Positions 8,931-17,121 of a DNA stretch of 64,000 nt are shown here, in pieces. Below the pieces are notes generated by a model. The model was not told the DNA's origin, did no database searches, and saw only the letters and a list, made by a program, of their open reading frames with translations. The position numbers and the translations under genes are program-made. Position 1 is the first letter of the stretch; each line of letters starts with the position of its first letter. The stretch is taken from assembly GCA_040274725.1 (NCBI GenBank), contig JBEMAQ010000012.1:18655-82654 (forward strand), in the 5' to 3' direction. Source of the stretch: Solibacillus sp. Lineage in GTDB: Bacteria; Bacillota; Bacilli; Bacillales_A; Planococcaceae.

Positions 8931-9332
8931 TTCAGTCCCTATAAAAATCACGTCCTTTTGGTTGATGACGGCAAAAATTTAAAAAACGAGATTATCTACC
9001 TATGGAATAACGCTATATAACAAAAAAATGCGCATCCTATAAAAAATTGTTGTATGACATGATTATATCGTGTTTTTTATCAAGGATGTTTATTTTTTTG
9101 CAGTGAAAAATGAGCATCATTTTTTGAGGTTGGTATATTGGCAAAAATGTAAATAGAAACACAGAATGCAGCATATTATTTTCTAATAATATAGTATATT
9201 TAAATACAGATTTTTGGACAGAGAATATACTAGGCAATTATAAAAAATATTCTTTAGTTGTTGAGAATTTACTAACTACAACAATACAGCAAATTGTGGT
9301 ATCGTGTGTTATAAGAACAGGGGGCCACAGCA

Positions 9333-9917
9333 ATGACACAACAAAAAGTAAAAATAAACTATAACGGCATATTATTATTAACATCGTATTTACACCGTGT
9401 GTATGTTTCAGAACAAATTCAACATGTTTTACATAAGAAAGATAAAGGGCGTTTAGAGGAAGTCAAGACGATGCTTGATGATGTAGGACTCATGCGCACG
9501 ATGTATGAGCAAACACAAGCTTTAACCGATACGCAGCAGACGAAGCTTTTAGCGATGTCTGAAAAAGTAAAGCTTTATATGAATGACTTTTTCCCAGCAG
9601 GCGAGGCGACGTTTGCGAATAAGTTAACACTTGTTGCCGCGTCACTGTACGGTGAGCAGGCGATGAATGACGGAATCCTGCGTATGTTCAAGCTGTACGG
9701 TGAGGAGGTAAAGGGCGATTTTGAGGCGCGCGTCCAGTTTTATAAGGATCGTACACGTGCAATGGATATTATGGTACATAATGTAGAAAAGAACGAAGAC
9801 ATTCCACAGCAAATGATTGATTTAGTGGAGCAGTGGTATGCCAATATCGACAAGCAGCGCAGTCTCGTGCTGAGCGATATGAGCAAAATTGATCAAATGC
9901 TACTCTATAATAAATAA
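9333..9917 (+). CDS. hypothetical helical protein (194 aa)
   Basis: Clean ORF with RBS acaggggg and a terminator directly after the stop. I recognise no family. Confidence 0.6.
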   Translation: MTQQKVKINYNGILLLTSYLHRVYVSEQIQHVLHKKDKGRLEEVKTMLDDVGLMRTMYEQTQALTDTQQTKLLAMSEKVKLYMNDFFPAGEATFANKLTLVAASLYGEQAMNDGILRMFKLYGEEVKGDFEARVQFYKDRTRAMDIMVHNVEKNEDIPQQMIDLVEQWYANIDKQRSLVLSDMSKIDQMLLYNK

Positions 9918-9949
9918 AAAAGTCGCACCGATAAAGGTGCGACTTTTTT
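9917..9949. terminator. bidirectional terminator
   Basis: agtcgcacc (9921-9929) pairs with ggtgcgact (9936-9944), flanked by an A-run and a T-run. Confidence 0.85.
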
Positions 9950-10328
9950 ATTCGCGCTCGAAGAACACTTTGTCTACATTGTACTTTGCTTTAAATGTGT
10001 TAATTGCATATGTTTCGTAAATTTCACGTTCCATTGGATCTTCAATTTCGTATACTTCGATTTTGAAGATTTCGTCACGGTGGTTGTTGATTGGTGCAAC
10101 ATTACCATCGAAGAATTTTTTAATACGTTGACGAATTTTACGCGCTTTCCCAACGAATAAAAGTTCGTTTGCTTCGTTATAGAAGAAGAAAAGACCGCCT
10201 TTTTCACGTGTAATTTGGTGGAAATCGATAAAGCCGTGGTACGGTGCAATAACAACCTCACCTGGCTTTACATTTTGTTCACGTTGACGAATCACAGTAG
10301 CTGGTTTTGGAAATTCAATTTTAATCAA
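9948..10328 (-). CDS. small GIY-YIG-like nuclease-domain protein (resembles B. subtilis YurQ as I remember it)
   Basis: 126 aa. GGLFFFYNEANELLFVGKARKIRQRIKKFF fits the GIY-(10)-YIG ... R ... pattern. Confidence 0.55.
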   Translation of the reverse strand: MIKIEFPKPATVIRQREQNVKPGEVVIAPYHGFIDFHQITREKGGLFFFYNEANELLFVGKARKIRQRIKKFFDGNVAPINNHRDEIFKIEVYEIEDPMEREIYETYAINTFKAKYNVDKVFFERE

Positions 10329-10588
10329 AATAATTCACGTCCCTTAACTTAAGTAAAAACTAATTGTACATCATTTTCCGGGAAAATGCTATCTTTCTAC
10401 CCACAACTATATAATTTAGTGAAAAATGGAGGATTTTTCTGTTTACTACTTGAATAATAGCTATGTTTAACAAATTTTATAATTCATATTATCCGACTCT
10501 ATAATTTATTAAACAAAATCCTATCACTCGCACCAAAAACAATTTAAAAACAAAAATAATCGACGAATAGTCATTAAATGGGGGGCTT

Positions 10589-11314
10589 ATGCGTTTACAA
10601 AATAAGGTAGCAATCATTACAGGCGGTGCAAATGGCATTGGGCTTGCGGTAGTACAGCGATTTACAGGGGAAGGTGCACAGGCAATTATTCTGGATACAA
10701 ATGAAACATTAGCTGAATCGTTACTACAGCAGTTTCCACTTGTTAAATTTTATACGGTAAACGTAGCAGACGAACAGCAGGTACAGGCGGTAATGAGAGA
10801 AGTGCTACATACGTTTAGTCGCATTGATATTTTAGTAAATAATGCGGGTATTACACGTGATGCGATGCTAATGAATGTCACAAGCGAGCAGTTTGACGAG
10901 GTGAAGGACGTTAATGTGAAGAGCGTATTTCATTGCACACAGGCGGTCGTACCAGCAATGATCGCAGCAGGGGGTGGACACATAATTAATACAGCCTCGG
11001 TTGTGGGTGTTTACGGCAATATTGGGCAAACGAATTATGCAGCGTCTAAAGCGGCGGTGATTGGTATGGCGAAAACATGGGCGAAGGAACTTGGACGGAA
11101 AGGCATTACGGTGAACGTCGTCACACCAGGTTTTATTCAAACAGCGATGACGGAAAAAATGCCAAAGGAAATAATCGCGCACATGCTACAAATGATCTCG
11201 CTTGGTCAGCTAGGTACGGCAGTGGATGTGGCAAATACCTATGTATTTTTAGCATCCGATGAGGCGAAATATATTATGGGACATACATTACATGTAGATG
11301 GTGGGATGACATGA
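10589..11314 (+). CDS. SDR-family oxidoreductase (FabG-like 3-oxoacyl reductase)
   Basis: TGGANGIG, NNAG, and Y-x3-K in YAASKAA. 241 aa. Confidence 0.85.
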   Translation: MRLQNKVAIITGGANGIGLAVVQRFTGEGAQAIILDTNETLAESLLQQFPLVKFYTVNVADEQQVQAVMREVLHTFSRIDILVNNAGITRDAMLMNVTSEQFDEVKDVNVKSVFHCTQAVVPAMIAAGGGHIINTASVVGVYGNIGQTNYAASKAAVIGMAKTWAKELGRKGITVNVVTPGFIQTAMTEKMPKEIIAHMLQMISLGQLGTAVDVANTYVFLASDEAKYIMGHTLHVDGGMT

Positions 11315-11886
11315 TGATTCAATTAGAAAATGAGGTAGTTTGTTTACGCGCGTTAACGATGGATGATGTAGACGCACTTTGTGAGGTGGCGTTTTATCCT
11401 GAGATTTGGATGTATATGTCCCAGGCACTTGAGACGCGAGCTGACGTTGTAGCGTTTATTGAAAAGGCACTACAGCAAAAGGAGAGCGGCACGGAATATC
11501 CATTTGTCATAATCGATAAACAGACGAATAAAATTGTAGGCAGTACGCGCTTTATGGATATTGATTTATTTCATCGTCGATTAGAAATCGGGACGACGTG
11601 GCATACACCAGCTGTTTGGCGTACGCATATTAATACAAATTGCAAACTACTGCTGCTGACGCACTGCTTTGACATCTTAGAAGTACGACGTGTACAAATT
11701 AAAACCGACGCACAAAACGCTCGTTCACGCGCGGCTATTGAACGTATTGGCGCGCAGTTTGAGGGGATTTTGCGTCAGCATATGACAAAGAAGGACGGCA
11801 CGGCGCGTAATACCGCGATGTTTAGTGTCACATGGGAGGATTGGCCGGATGTAGCACCCCAGCTTGAGGCGCTTGCGAGTCGTTAA
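11311..11886 (+). CDS. GNAT-family N-acetyltransferase (RimJ/RimL-like)
   Basis: ATGA overlap with the upstream SDR gene. 191 aa with a GNAT-like core (RRVQIKTDAQNARSRAAIERIGAQFEG). Confidence 0.75.
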   Translation: MMIQLENEVVCLRALTMDDVDALCEVAFYPEIWMYMSQALETRADVVAFIEKALQQKESGTEYPFVIIDKQTNKIVGSTRFMDIDLFHRRLEIGTTWHTPAVWRTHINTNCKLLLLTHCFDILEVRRVQIKTDAQNARSRAAIERIGAQFEGILRQHMTKKDGTARNTAMFSVTWEDWPDVAPQLEALASR

Positions 11887-12165
11887 AATGAAGACGCATT
11901 TTACTGTGAGCGGTTCTCTTATGCATCACACTTTATGGCATCAGATGTAAAAACAGCCGTTCAAATCGATAGTGGTTTGATCGGCTGTTTGTTATGAATC
12001 TTAAATGTTTGTCATTAATTTAGCAGTCAAAACGCGTGAGGGTTAGCGGTATAGATCGTTTTATTCGTTGACCTGAGAGTGTAAAAGTTTCAAAAATACG
12101 CTTAAAACCTTGCTGTTACTGGTTTTTAACAACTGTGCATAAAAAGCTGTATAGATAATGTTCCA

Positions 12166-12275
12166 TATTAAAAACGACAAACGCTGTTAAATCAACGTTT
12201 GTCGTTTTATTAGGTATTCCTAAACTTTAATTTGTGAACGTTTATTAGGTTTATTTATGTATACGTTATAAATTC
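12166..12275 (+). repeat. hairpin-plus-box intergenic repeat, copy 1
   Basis: Hairpin cgacaaacg (12175-12183) pairs with cgtttgtcg (12196-12204). It is followed by box ttcctaaactttaatttgtgaacgtt and then acgttataaattc (12263-12275). Confidence 0.6.
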
Positions 12276-12324
12276 TTGCTGCTCTTAAAGAACCCCGTTA
12301 GTTAAAAAATATATTATTACTTTT

Positions 12325-12855
12325 TCATTTCTTCATATGCGAGATTCGGCTAAAATCTTTGTTTATACAAGATTGTTTTAATCTTTTTGACTTCAGAAGA
12401 CTTTTAATATCAGAAATATTATCGTAAGAGATTTGGATATAAAAGTAATTAACATACTCAAGAACTGCAAAAACATAAATAAAACCAGCAATTAACAATC
12501 CACCTAATGGTAATGAAGGATACCATTTTAAAAAATCTATACCAAACATAATAAGTGAGACGATAATCAAGCCAATATTTATTTTCTCTAAACTCTTTAA
12601 TTTCCGTACAACATGAATAGGAGTTCTAGGTGTATTTTCTCTTTTTAACCGTTTCCATTTTGCATACCAGTAAACAGTCCCTTGTAGTAATAGAAACTCC
12701 AAAAGAAAAAAAGATACCCAAAAAGAATAAAGTGAGTATAACCGTAATTCAGGATAAGTTATATTAAGTAGATAACTTAGAAAAACAAACATAACTATTG
12801 CAAATGACTCACCTGTATATAAATAGGAAAGCCGCTTCTCTAACTTTTTCCTCAT
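12325..12855 (-). CDS. hypothetical membrane protein (~176 aa, about 4 TM)
   Basis: ATG 12855 follows aaaggtgaggagg. AT-rich codon usage. No recognisable family. Confidence 0.6.
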   Translation of the reverse strand: MRKKLEKRLSYLYTGESFAIVMFVFLSYLLNITYPELRLYSLYSFWVSFFLLEFLLLQGTVYWYAKWKRLKRENTPRTPIHVVRKLKSLEKINIGLIIVSLIMFGIDFLKWYPSLPLGGLLIAGFIYVFAVLEYVNYFYIQISYDNISDIKSLLKSKRLKQSCINKDFSRISHMKK

Positions 12856-12990
12856 CCTCCTCACCTTTCTTCAAATAATAAATTTTATAACCCAAACCAT
12901 ATTTACCTATTTTTACAGATTATTTAGTAACAGTATTATACACTATAGAAAATCCTTATTGCACTAAATATACTGTTCATAAGTAGCAAA

Positions 12991-13047
12991 TCCTCCCACT
13001 CAATTGAATGGGGGAGTGATTTCCTAACTTTTATTTGGGAACGTTAT
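12991..13047 (+). repeat. hairpin-plus-box intergenic repeat, copy 3 (interrupted by IS3 remnant)
   Basis: Imperfect hairpin cctcccac..tgggggag, then box ttcctaacttttatttgggaacgtt (13021-13045). The third box, acgttgtaaatcc, resumes at 13741-13753 on the far side of the IS remnant. Confidence 0.5.
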
Positions 13048-13059
13048 TGAAATTTGAAA

Positions 13060-13718
13060 TTTATATCGTATTCATATGTGCTACGTGGAATGTCCGCATA
13101 CGCCACAAGTGCCTTCACCGAATATTTATGCCTTAATTCACAAATGACCTTTACTTTGTCTTTCGTGGTGATTTTTCCTTGGCTTGAACTAAGGCATTCA
13201 ACTTTTTTAAATACTCGTTTTCCATTTCAAGCTGCTGAATACGCGCTTGAAGTGCTTCTGTAAAGCCTTCTGCTAGTACGTTTTTAGGTTGTTTAGTCGA
13301 TTCTTTTTTTCATGGATGGACGCCCCTTTTTCTTTGGCTGAAGGGCATCCTCTCCTTGAGTGTCGAATTGTTTTTTCCAATTCTGTATTGATGAAGCACC
13401 TGCAATGTTAAAAATCGCAGCTGTTTCATTAAAGGACGTACCATGTTCAGCCATATAGTTAAGTACGTCTAGTTTAAATGCTTTTGTATAGTTTGTATAT
13501 CGTCTGACAAACGTTTCTACGCCGTTGTGTTCGTGTTGTTTCACTAAGCTTAATAAATAGCGGTGGGAAATCCCGAAATCCGCAGCGGCTGTCCTAGAGC
13601 TTTCCTTGCCATTTATATAGCGTTGAACCGCTGCTAATTTTTGTTCTGGGCTCATTTTGGTCATAGAAAAACTGCATCCCATTTGTTAGTATGTGTCTAA
13701 CAAATGGGGTGCAGTTCA
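13060..13718 (-). mobile_element. IS3-family (IS150-group-like) remnant: left end, orfA and first ~30 codons of orfB
   Basis: Terminal sequence TGAACTGCACCCCATTTGTTAGACA (reverse complement of 13694-13718) resembles the IS150 end TGTACTGCACCC. An OrfA HTH protein is present. An orfB-like KVICELRHKYSVKALVAYADIPRSTYEY sits in the -1 frame and then homology is lost. The left boundary is approximate. Confidence 0.75.
13151..13664 (-). pseudogene. IS3 orfA disrupted by a 1-nt indel in an A7 run
   Basis: The reading frame stops at 13293 (..PSMKKRID*). A shift of 1 nt in the A7 tract (13304-13310) restores KKESTKQPKNVLAEGFTEALQARIQQLEMENEYLKKLNALVQAKEK.., the leucine-zipper end of OrfA, which then runs to TAA 13151. 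Confidence 0.65.
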
Positions 13719-13805
13719 GGTTGGTAACCTTATTCACTTAACGTTGTAAATCCGCATGCATGTGAGGAGGCCTCCGTAAAAATTACTAAAGAAATACAAA
13801 TAAGT

Positions 13806-14837
13806 TTATTTCATTGTGTTTACTTCTATAAGTTGTTTCAATTGCTCAGGATGATCAGATTTTATGGCGACAAAATCGAACTCTTTCTCTCTACCCATGA
13901 ATAATGTTACTTTTTGTGGTTTTTTCATTTTTAAAATGATATCGGGATATACTTTTTCAAAGTCACGAATGATAAAATCAACCGTGTTTTTCGATAACTT
14001 TTTCTGTAGGATTTCAGGTTCTTCAATGATGGCCTCAATGTTCGTATAATTGATTTCTGTACGCTTCATTAAACCCAATGAAATGTATATAGAATTATTC
14101 GTAGCATAAATCGGATTTAAACGTAAAGCTTGCATATCGCCTAAGAAAAAGAGAATTGAGTATATGTTTAGCACTAACAATATGATGGACAATAGTGGTG
14201 CTTTATCGTGTAACCAATAATGTACCCCAAGTGTTTCAACAATTATTGCATGAATCAGCATAACTTGAAGTGCAATAAAATTAGACTTTTTATACATTGT
14301 AATTCCATTAGGCATTGGTGATCTCCAACTCGCTAGTGCATAATAAAACATTAATAATTCGGCGCAAATAATTTGAATAATTAGATTATTTTTAACATAA
14401 CGAGCCAACGATTGTGCAAAAGAAAATAGTACAGGTAACTGACTTTGCTTAACTTCTTTAATAATTTTAGGCATATATCGAACAAAAGTAATAATTAATA
14501 ATAGTTCAAATAGGAATATAAAACCTTCGATAATTATACCAATCCAAGTAATTGCTTCATAAGGTTCTAATAGGGAAGTTGGGATTAAAAATCGAGCAGC
14601 AATACATCCAAGTGCTGCTAAAACAATAGTCGTTTTCACCGAAAAATTATTACGATACAACATAATACTTAGAGGTAATATAATTATTAAATCTAGCATG
14701 GAACCTAGAACGACGTATTGTGATTGTTCCGGTAAAATTGCAGCACCCATTGTCGTTTGATAAAGCATAAAATTACTGATTATAATACCAAAAATCAGGA
14801 TTAACCAGATAGGCTTTAACTTTTCTATGATAAACAA
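13806..14837 (-). CDS. polytopic membrane protein with ~100-aa soluble C-terminal domain (hypothetical)
   Basis: TTG 14837 follows caggaggtgagtaac and lies 1 nt after the marR stop. About 7-8 TM segments. The track start at 14855 lies inside marR. Confidence 0.65.
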   Translation of the reverse strand: MFIIEKLKPIWLILIFGIIISNFMLYQTTMGAAILPEQSQYVVLGSMLDLIIILPLSIMLYRNNFSVKTTIVLAALGCIAARFLIPTSLLEPYEAITWIGIIIEGFIFLFELLLIITFVRYMPKIIKEVKQSQLPVLFSFAQSLARYVKNNLIIQIICAELLMFYYALASWRSPMPNGITMYKKSNFIALQVMLIHAIIVETLGVHYWLHDKAPLLSIILLVLNIYSILFFLGDMQALRLNPIYATNNSIYISLGLMKRTEINYTNIEAIIEEPEILQKKLSKNTVDFIIRDFEKVYPDIILKMKKPQKVTLFMGREKEFDFVAIKSDHPEQLKQLIEVNTMK

Positions 14838-14838
14838 G

Positions 14839-15264
14839 TTACTCACCTCCTGCAATTCGAATTAATTTTTTAAGAATTGTCGATAAAGCTTCTAAATCCT
14901 CTTTAGGCAATTGACCATAAATGTTTTCGTTGATTTCTTTTTCGAGAAGTGTGATTTGTTCAAAATAATGAATACTTTTCTTTGCTAATGTAATGTCAAT
15001 TTTTCTTCGATTTTTTGGGTTAATTGTTCGCTCTATATAACCTTGATTATCCAGCTTATTAAGTAATTGACTAACTGCACTTGTTGAAACTTGCAAATGC
15101 TGCGCGAGGTCAGTTGATGAAGTAATTCCAGTTCGAATCAATTCGAGAATAAATACTTGTTTGGCTGTTAATTGATTATCAATAAAGTTTTCATATTTGC
15201 TAGCTAATAATACATTGAGTTGATTCTGAAAAATATTAATATCTTCAATAAGTTTTGACGACAT
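14839..15264 (-). CDS. MarR-family transcriptional regulator
   Basis: 141-aa winged-helix protein: LTAKQVFILELI....STDLAQHLQVSTSAVSQLLNKLDNQGYIER..NPKNRRK. Confidence 0.85.
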   Translation of the reverse strand: MSSKLIEDINIFQNQLNVLLASKYENFIDNQLTAKQVFILELIRTGITSSTDLAQHLQVSTSAVSQLLNKLDNQGYIERTINPKNRRKIDITLAKKSIHYFEQITLLEKEINENIYGQLPKEDLEALSTILKKLIRIAGGE

Positions 15265-15269
15265 AAAAC

Positions 15270-15307
15270 CACCCTTTATTGTTAAGTTAGCTTAATAATA
15301 AAGGGTG
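15270..15307. promoter_or_regulatory. 38-bp dyad directly upstream of marR (operator or SD-sequestering hairpin)
   Basis: Perfect 11-bp arms caccctttatt (15270-15280) and aataaagggtg (15297-15307), with a near-palindromic 16-bp centre. On the minus strand, the arm at 15270-15280 reads aataaagggtg and provides the aaggg(tgg) Shine-Dalgarno 4 nt before the ATG. Confidence 0.5.
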
Positions 15308-15484
15308 TTAAATTTATTTGCAATATAAAATTTGTATATTCTGTTTTTTCCACCTAAGATAGCCCCCAAACCCTCATTTGGTAACCTTTCATTGAGGTTC
15401 TATTTAGATGTTACAGCCATTCAGAACAAGCGGATTAAACAGTCCTCTTTAAAATAATTTCTCACAGCGTCTCAGCGCGTTATT

Positions 15485-15582
15485 TTCTATAAAAAACAGC
15501 GACAAACATTGTTAAATCAATGTTTGTCGCTGTTTGAAATGTTCCTAAGCTAATTGTGCATATTTCTTATTGTTGTAAATCC
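15485..15582 (+). repeat. hairpin-plus-box intergenic repeat, copy 2
   Basis: Hairpin cagcgacaaacatt (15497-15510) pairs with aatgtttgtcgctg (15519-15532). It is followed by gttcctaagctaattgtgca and ttgttgtaaatcc (15570-15582). Stem changes relative to copy 1 are compensatory. Confidence 0.6.
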
Positions 15583-16032
15583 ACATTTTTCTGATGACAC
15601 CCTTATATAAGAGTGCTTTTTAATAATATGTATAGAAAGCCACCTTGCCGTAATTATTATAGAAAGTTTCAAACCACCACTCCTAAAAGTGGGTGTTCGC
15701 AAAAAATTTCCTGTATATCGTCATTCACCATAGTGTGACGCCCGCCATTCCATCTTCGATATAAAACTCCCTGTTACAGCTTAAAGGTTGAAACTAAATA
15801 TTATTACGTACAACGCAGCTTTAATTATATATTACTCGATAATATTATCGTGTTCAAGTAAGTATATCGAAAGAAAAAAGTCAAATCCTTAATTACGGAA
15901 ATTAAGGATTGATGTAGGTAAGCTGACCAAGATATCGCCAATTACACAAATATTAAGAGTAGTAATTGATAAATATCGAGTATTTCCCTTAACCGTTTGG
16001 GCATTCTAATTTGGCGAAGGAGGTGAGCAGTT

Positions 16033-16344
16033 ATGGCAAATAACAACAACAATAATAATAATCGAAACAACAATCTTAATCGCAATAACAACAACCAAAA
16101 TAATGCAACTGAGTTCGGCGAAGACCTCAACTTTGACAATTTAAATGAGAAAAATCTAAATAATCACAACAACAATAATAATAATGAGCGAAACAACAAC
16201 CGCAATCGCAATAACAACAACCAAAATAATGTAACTGAGTTCGGTGAAGATCTCAACTTTGACAATTTAAATGAGCAAAATCTAAATAACCACAACAACA
16301 ATAATAATAATGAACGAAACAACAATCGCAATCGCAACAACTAG
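16033..16344 (+). CDS. Asn-rich low-complexity protein with 42-aa tandem repeat (hypothetical)
   Basis: Strong RBS gaaggaggtga sits 7 nt before the ATG, and a perfect 15-bp-stem hairpin follows the gene. Product is MANNNNNNNNRNNN...ATEFGEDLNFDNLNEKNLNNHNNNNNNERNNNRNR, repeated twice. Confidence 0.55.
   Translation: MANNNNNNNNRNNNLNRNNNNQNNATEFGEDLNFDNLNEKNLNNHNNNNNNERNNNRNRNNNNQNNVTEFGEDLNFDNLNEQNLNNHNNNNNNERNNNRNRNN
16081..16341 (+). repeat. 126-bp tandem repeat, ~2.1 copies, in frame
   Basis: Units start at 16081 and 16207 (cgcaataacaacaaccaaaataatg...). I count about 7 substitutions between units, several of them silent. Confidence 0.9.
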
Positions 16345-16367
16345 TAGCAATTTAGAAAGCTAATAAT

Positions 16368-16403
16368 ACAGTCATTCCTAAATTTAACTTTAGGAATGAC
16401 TGT
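16368..16403 (+). terminator. hairpin terminator after the Asn-rich ORF
   Basis: acagtcattcctaaa (16368-16382) pairs with tttaggaatgactgt (16389-16403), a perfect stem. The T-tract is weak. Confidence 0.55.
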
Positions 16404-16436
16404 AATTATCAGCTGTTTCTCCTACTTTATACTTAC

Positions 16437-16688
16437 CTATTCGTTGAAAAGCGATATAGTCATACATCGTGTGTGAAAAATATAAAACTCTCTTCTCTCA
16501 ATTTCCACATGGGCATAGCGAGAATCAAAATCTGGCTCATACCACGTTAGAAATTTGTCATTTAACTGCTGAATATACGAAGAACAGTTTTTTAAAAATT
16601 CAGCCTGAAGTGCTACCCAATCACGTTCCGATGATAAATCGCCTCTAGAATCATATACAATGGCATCCTCTCTTGAATTCAATTTCAC
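16437..16688 (-). CDS. hypothetical protein (83 aa)
   Basis: ORF from the track with a GTG start. A 9-bp perfect inverted repeat tttcacaa-gctac-tttgtgaaa lies upstream at about 16737-16758. No family recognised. Confidence 0.4.
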   Translation of the reverse strand: MKLNSREDAIVYDSRGDLSSERDWVALQAEFLKNCSSYIQQLNDKFLTWYEPDFDSRYAHVEIERREFYIFHTRCMTISLFNE

Positions 16689-16836
16689 TAATTATTTCAG
16701 CATAATAATATATCAAATTTTTACTAATAACTATTTTTCACAAGCTACTTTGTGAAATAACCGAGTCTAACTTTTAGGGGTTACTTCAACCCTTGTTTAG
16801 GAACCTATTTATCAACTTTTCCAAACCTTTGCATGA

Positions 16837-17007
16837 TCATTGTTTCTTCTGCCTGCTCACACCGAAAACAGCGGAGGCGACAATAAATAGCCCGGTGCAA
16901 ATCATCATCGTAATGCCGTTCCACTCGCTATTTAGCACAGTGAAATTCGTTAAAATGGCAAATTGCATCAGGCAAATGATGATATATAGTAATGTTGTAT
17001 GCTTCAT
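16837..17007 (-). CDS. 56-aa two-TM small membrane protein
   Basis: ATG 17007 follows agaaaggtgg plus 6 nt. Product is MKHTTLLYIIICLMQFAILTNF...GLFIVASAVFGVSRQKKQ. The track ORF extends upstream without an RBS. Confidence 0.5.
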   Translation of the reverse strand: MKHTTLLYIIICLMQFAILTNFTVLNSEWNGITMMICTGLFIVASAVFGVSRQKKQ

Positions 17008-17020
17008 AATGGCCACCTTT

Positions 17021-17095
17021 CTATGTGAATAGTTTATAAATGATATAGCCTGTAATCGCAATGACAATAAGGATAACTGTTTCCTTCCAGCTCAT
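17021..17095 (-). CDS. 24-aa hydrophobic peptide ORF (speculative)
   Basis: Product is MSWKETVILIVIAITGYIIYKLFT. The stop lies 13 nt before the next small ORF start, spanning that ORF's RBS. Its own RBS is weak. Confidence 0.25.
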   Translation of the reverse strand: MSWKETVILIVIAITGYIIYKLFT

Positions 17096-17121
17096 TGTAG
17101 AAAGGGCGCTTCTTTGCGGGT

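Noticed and set aside
9037-9237. 66-aa minus-strand ORF in the AT-rich spacer before 9333
   Set aside because: The region is extremely AT-rich and promoter-like. There is no RBS and the composition is implausible.
13054-13263. 69-aa plus-strand ORF
   Set aside because: It is antisense to the IS3 orfA/orfB remnant. The opposite strand carries clear transposase-family sequence.
15942-16139. 65-aa Leu-rich minus-strand ORF overlapping the Asn-rich ORF
   Set aside because: It is the mirror image of the AAC/AAT-rich repeat (GTT/ATT gives Leu/Phe-rich sequence) and has no RBS. The plus-strand ORF has a strong RBS.
16081-16341. Tandem repeat considered as a possible CRISPR or minisatellite
   Set aside because: There are only about 2 copies of a 126-bp unit with no unique spacers. 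The repeat is in frame within an ORF that has good translation signals.
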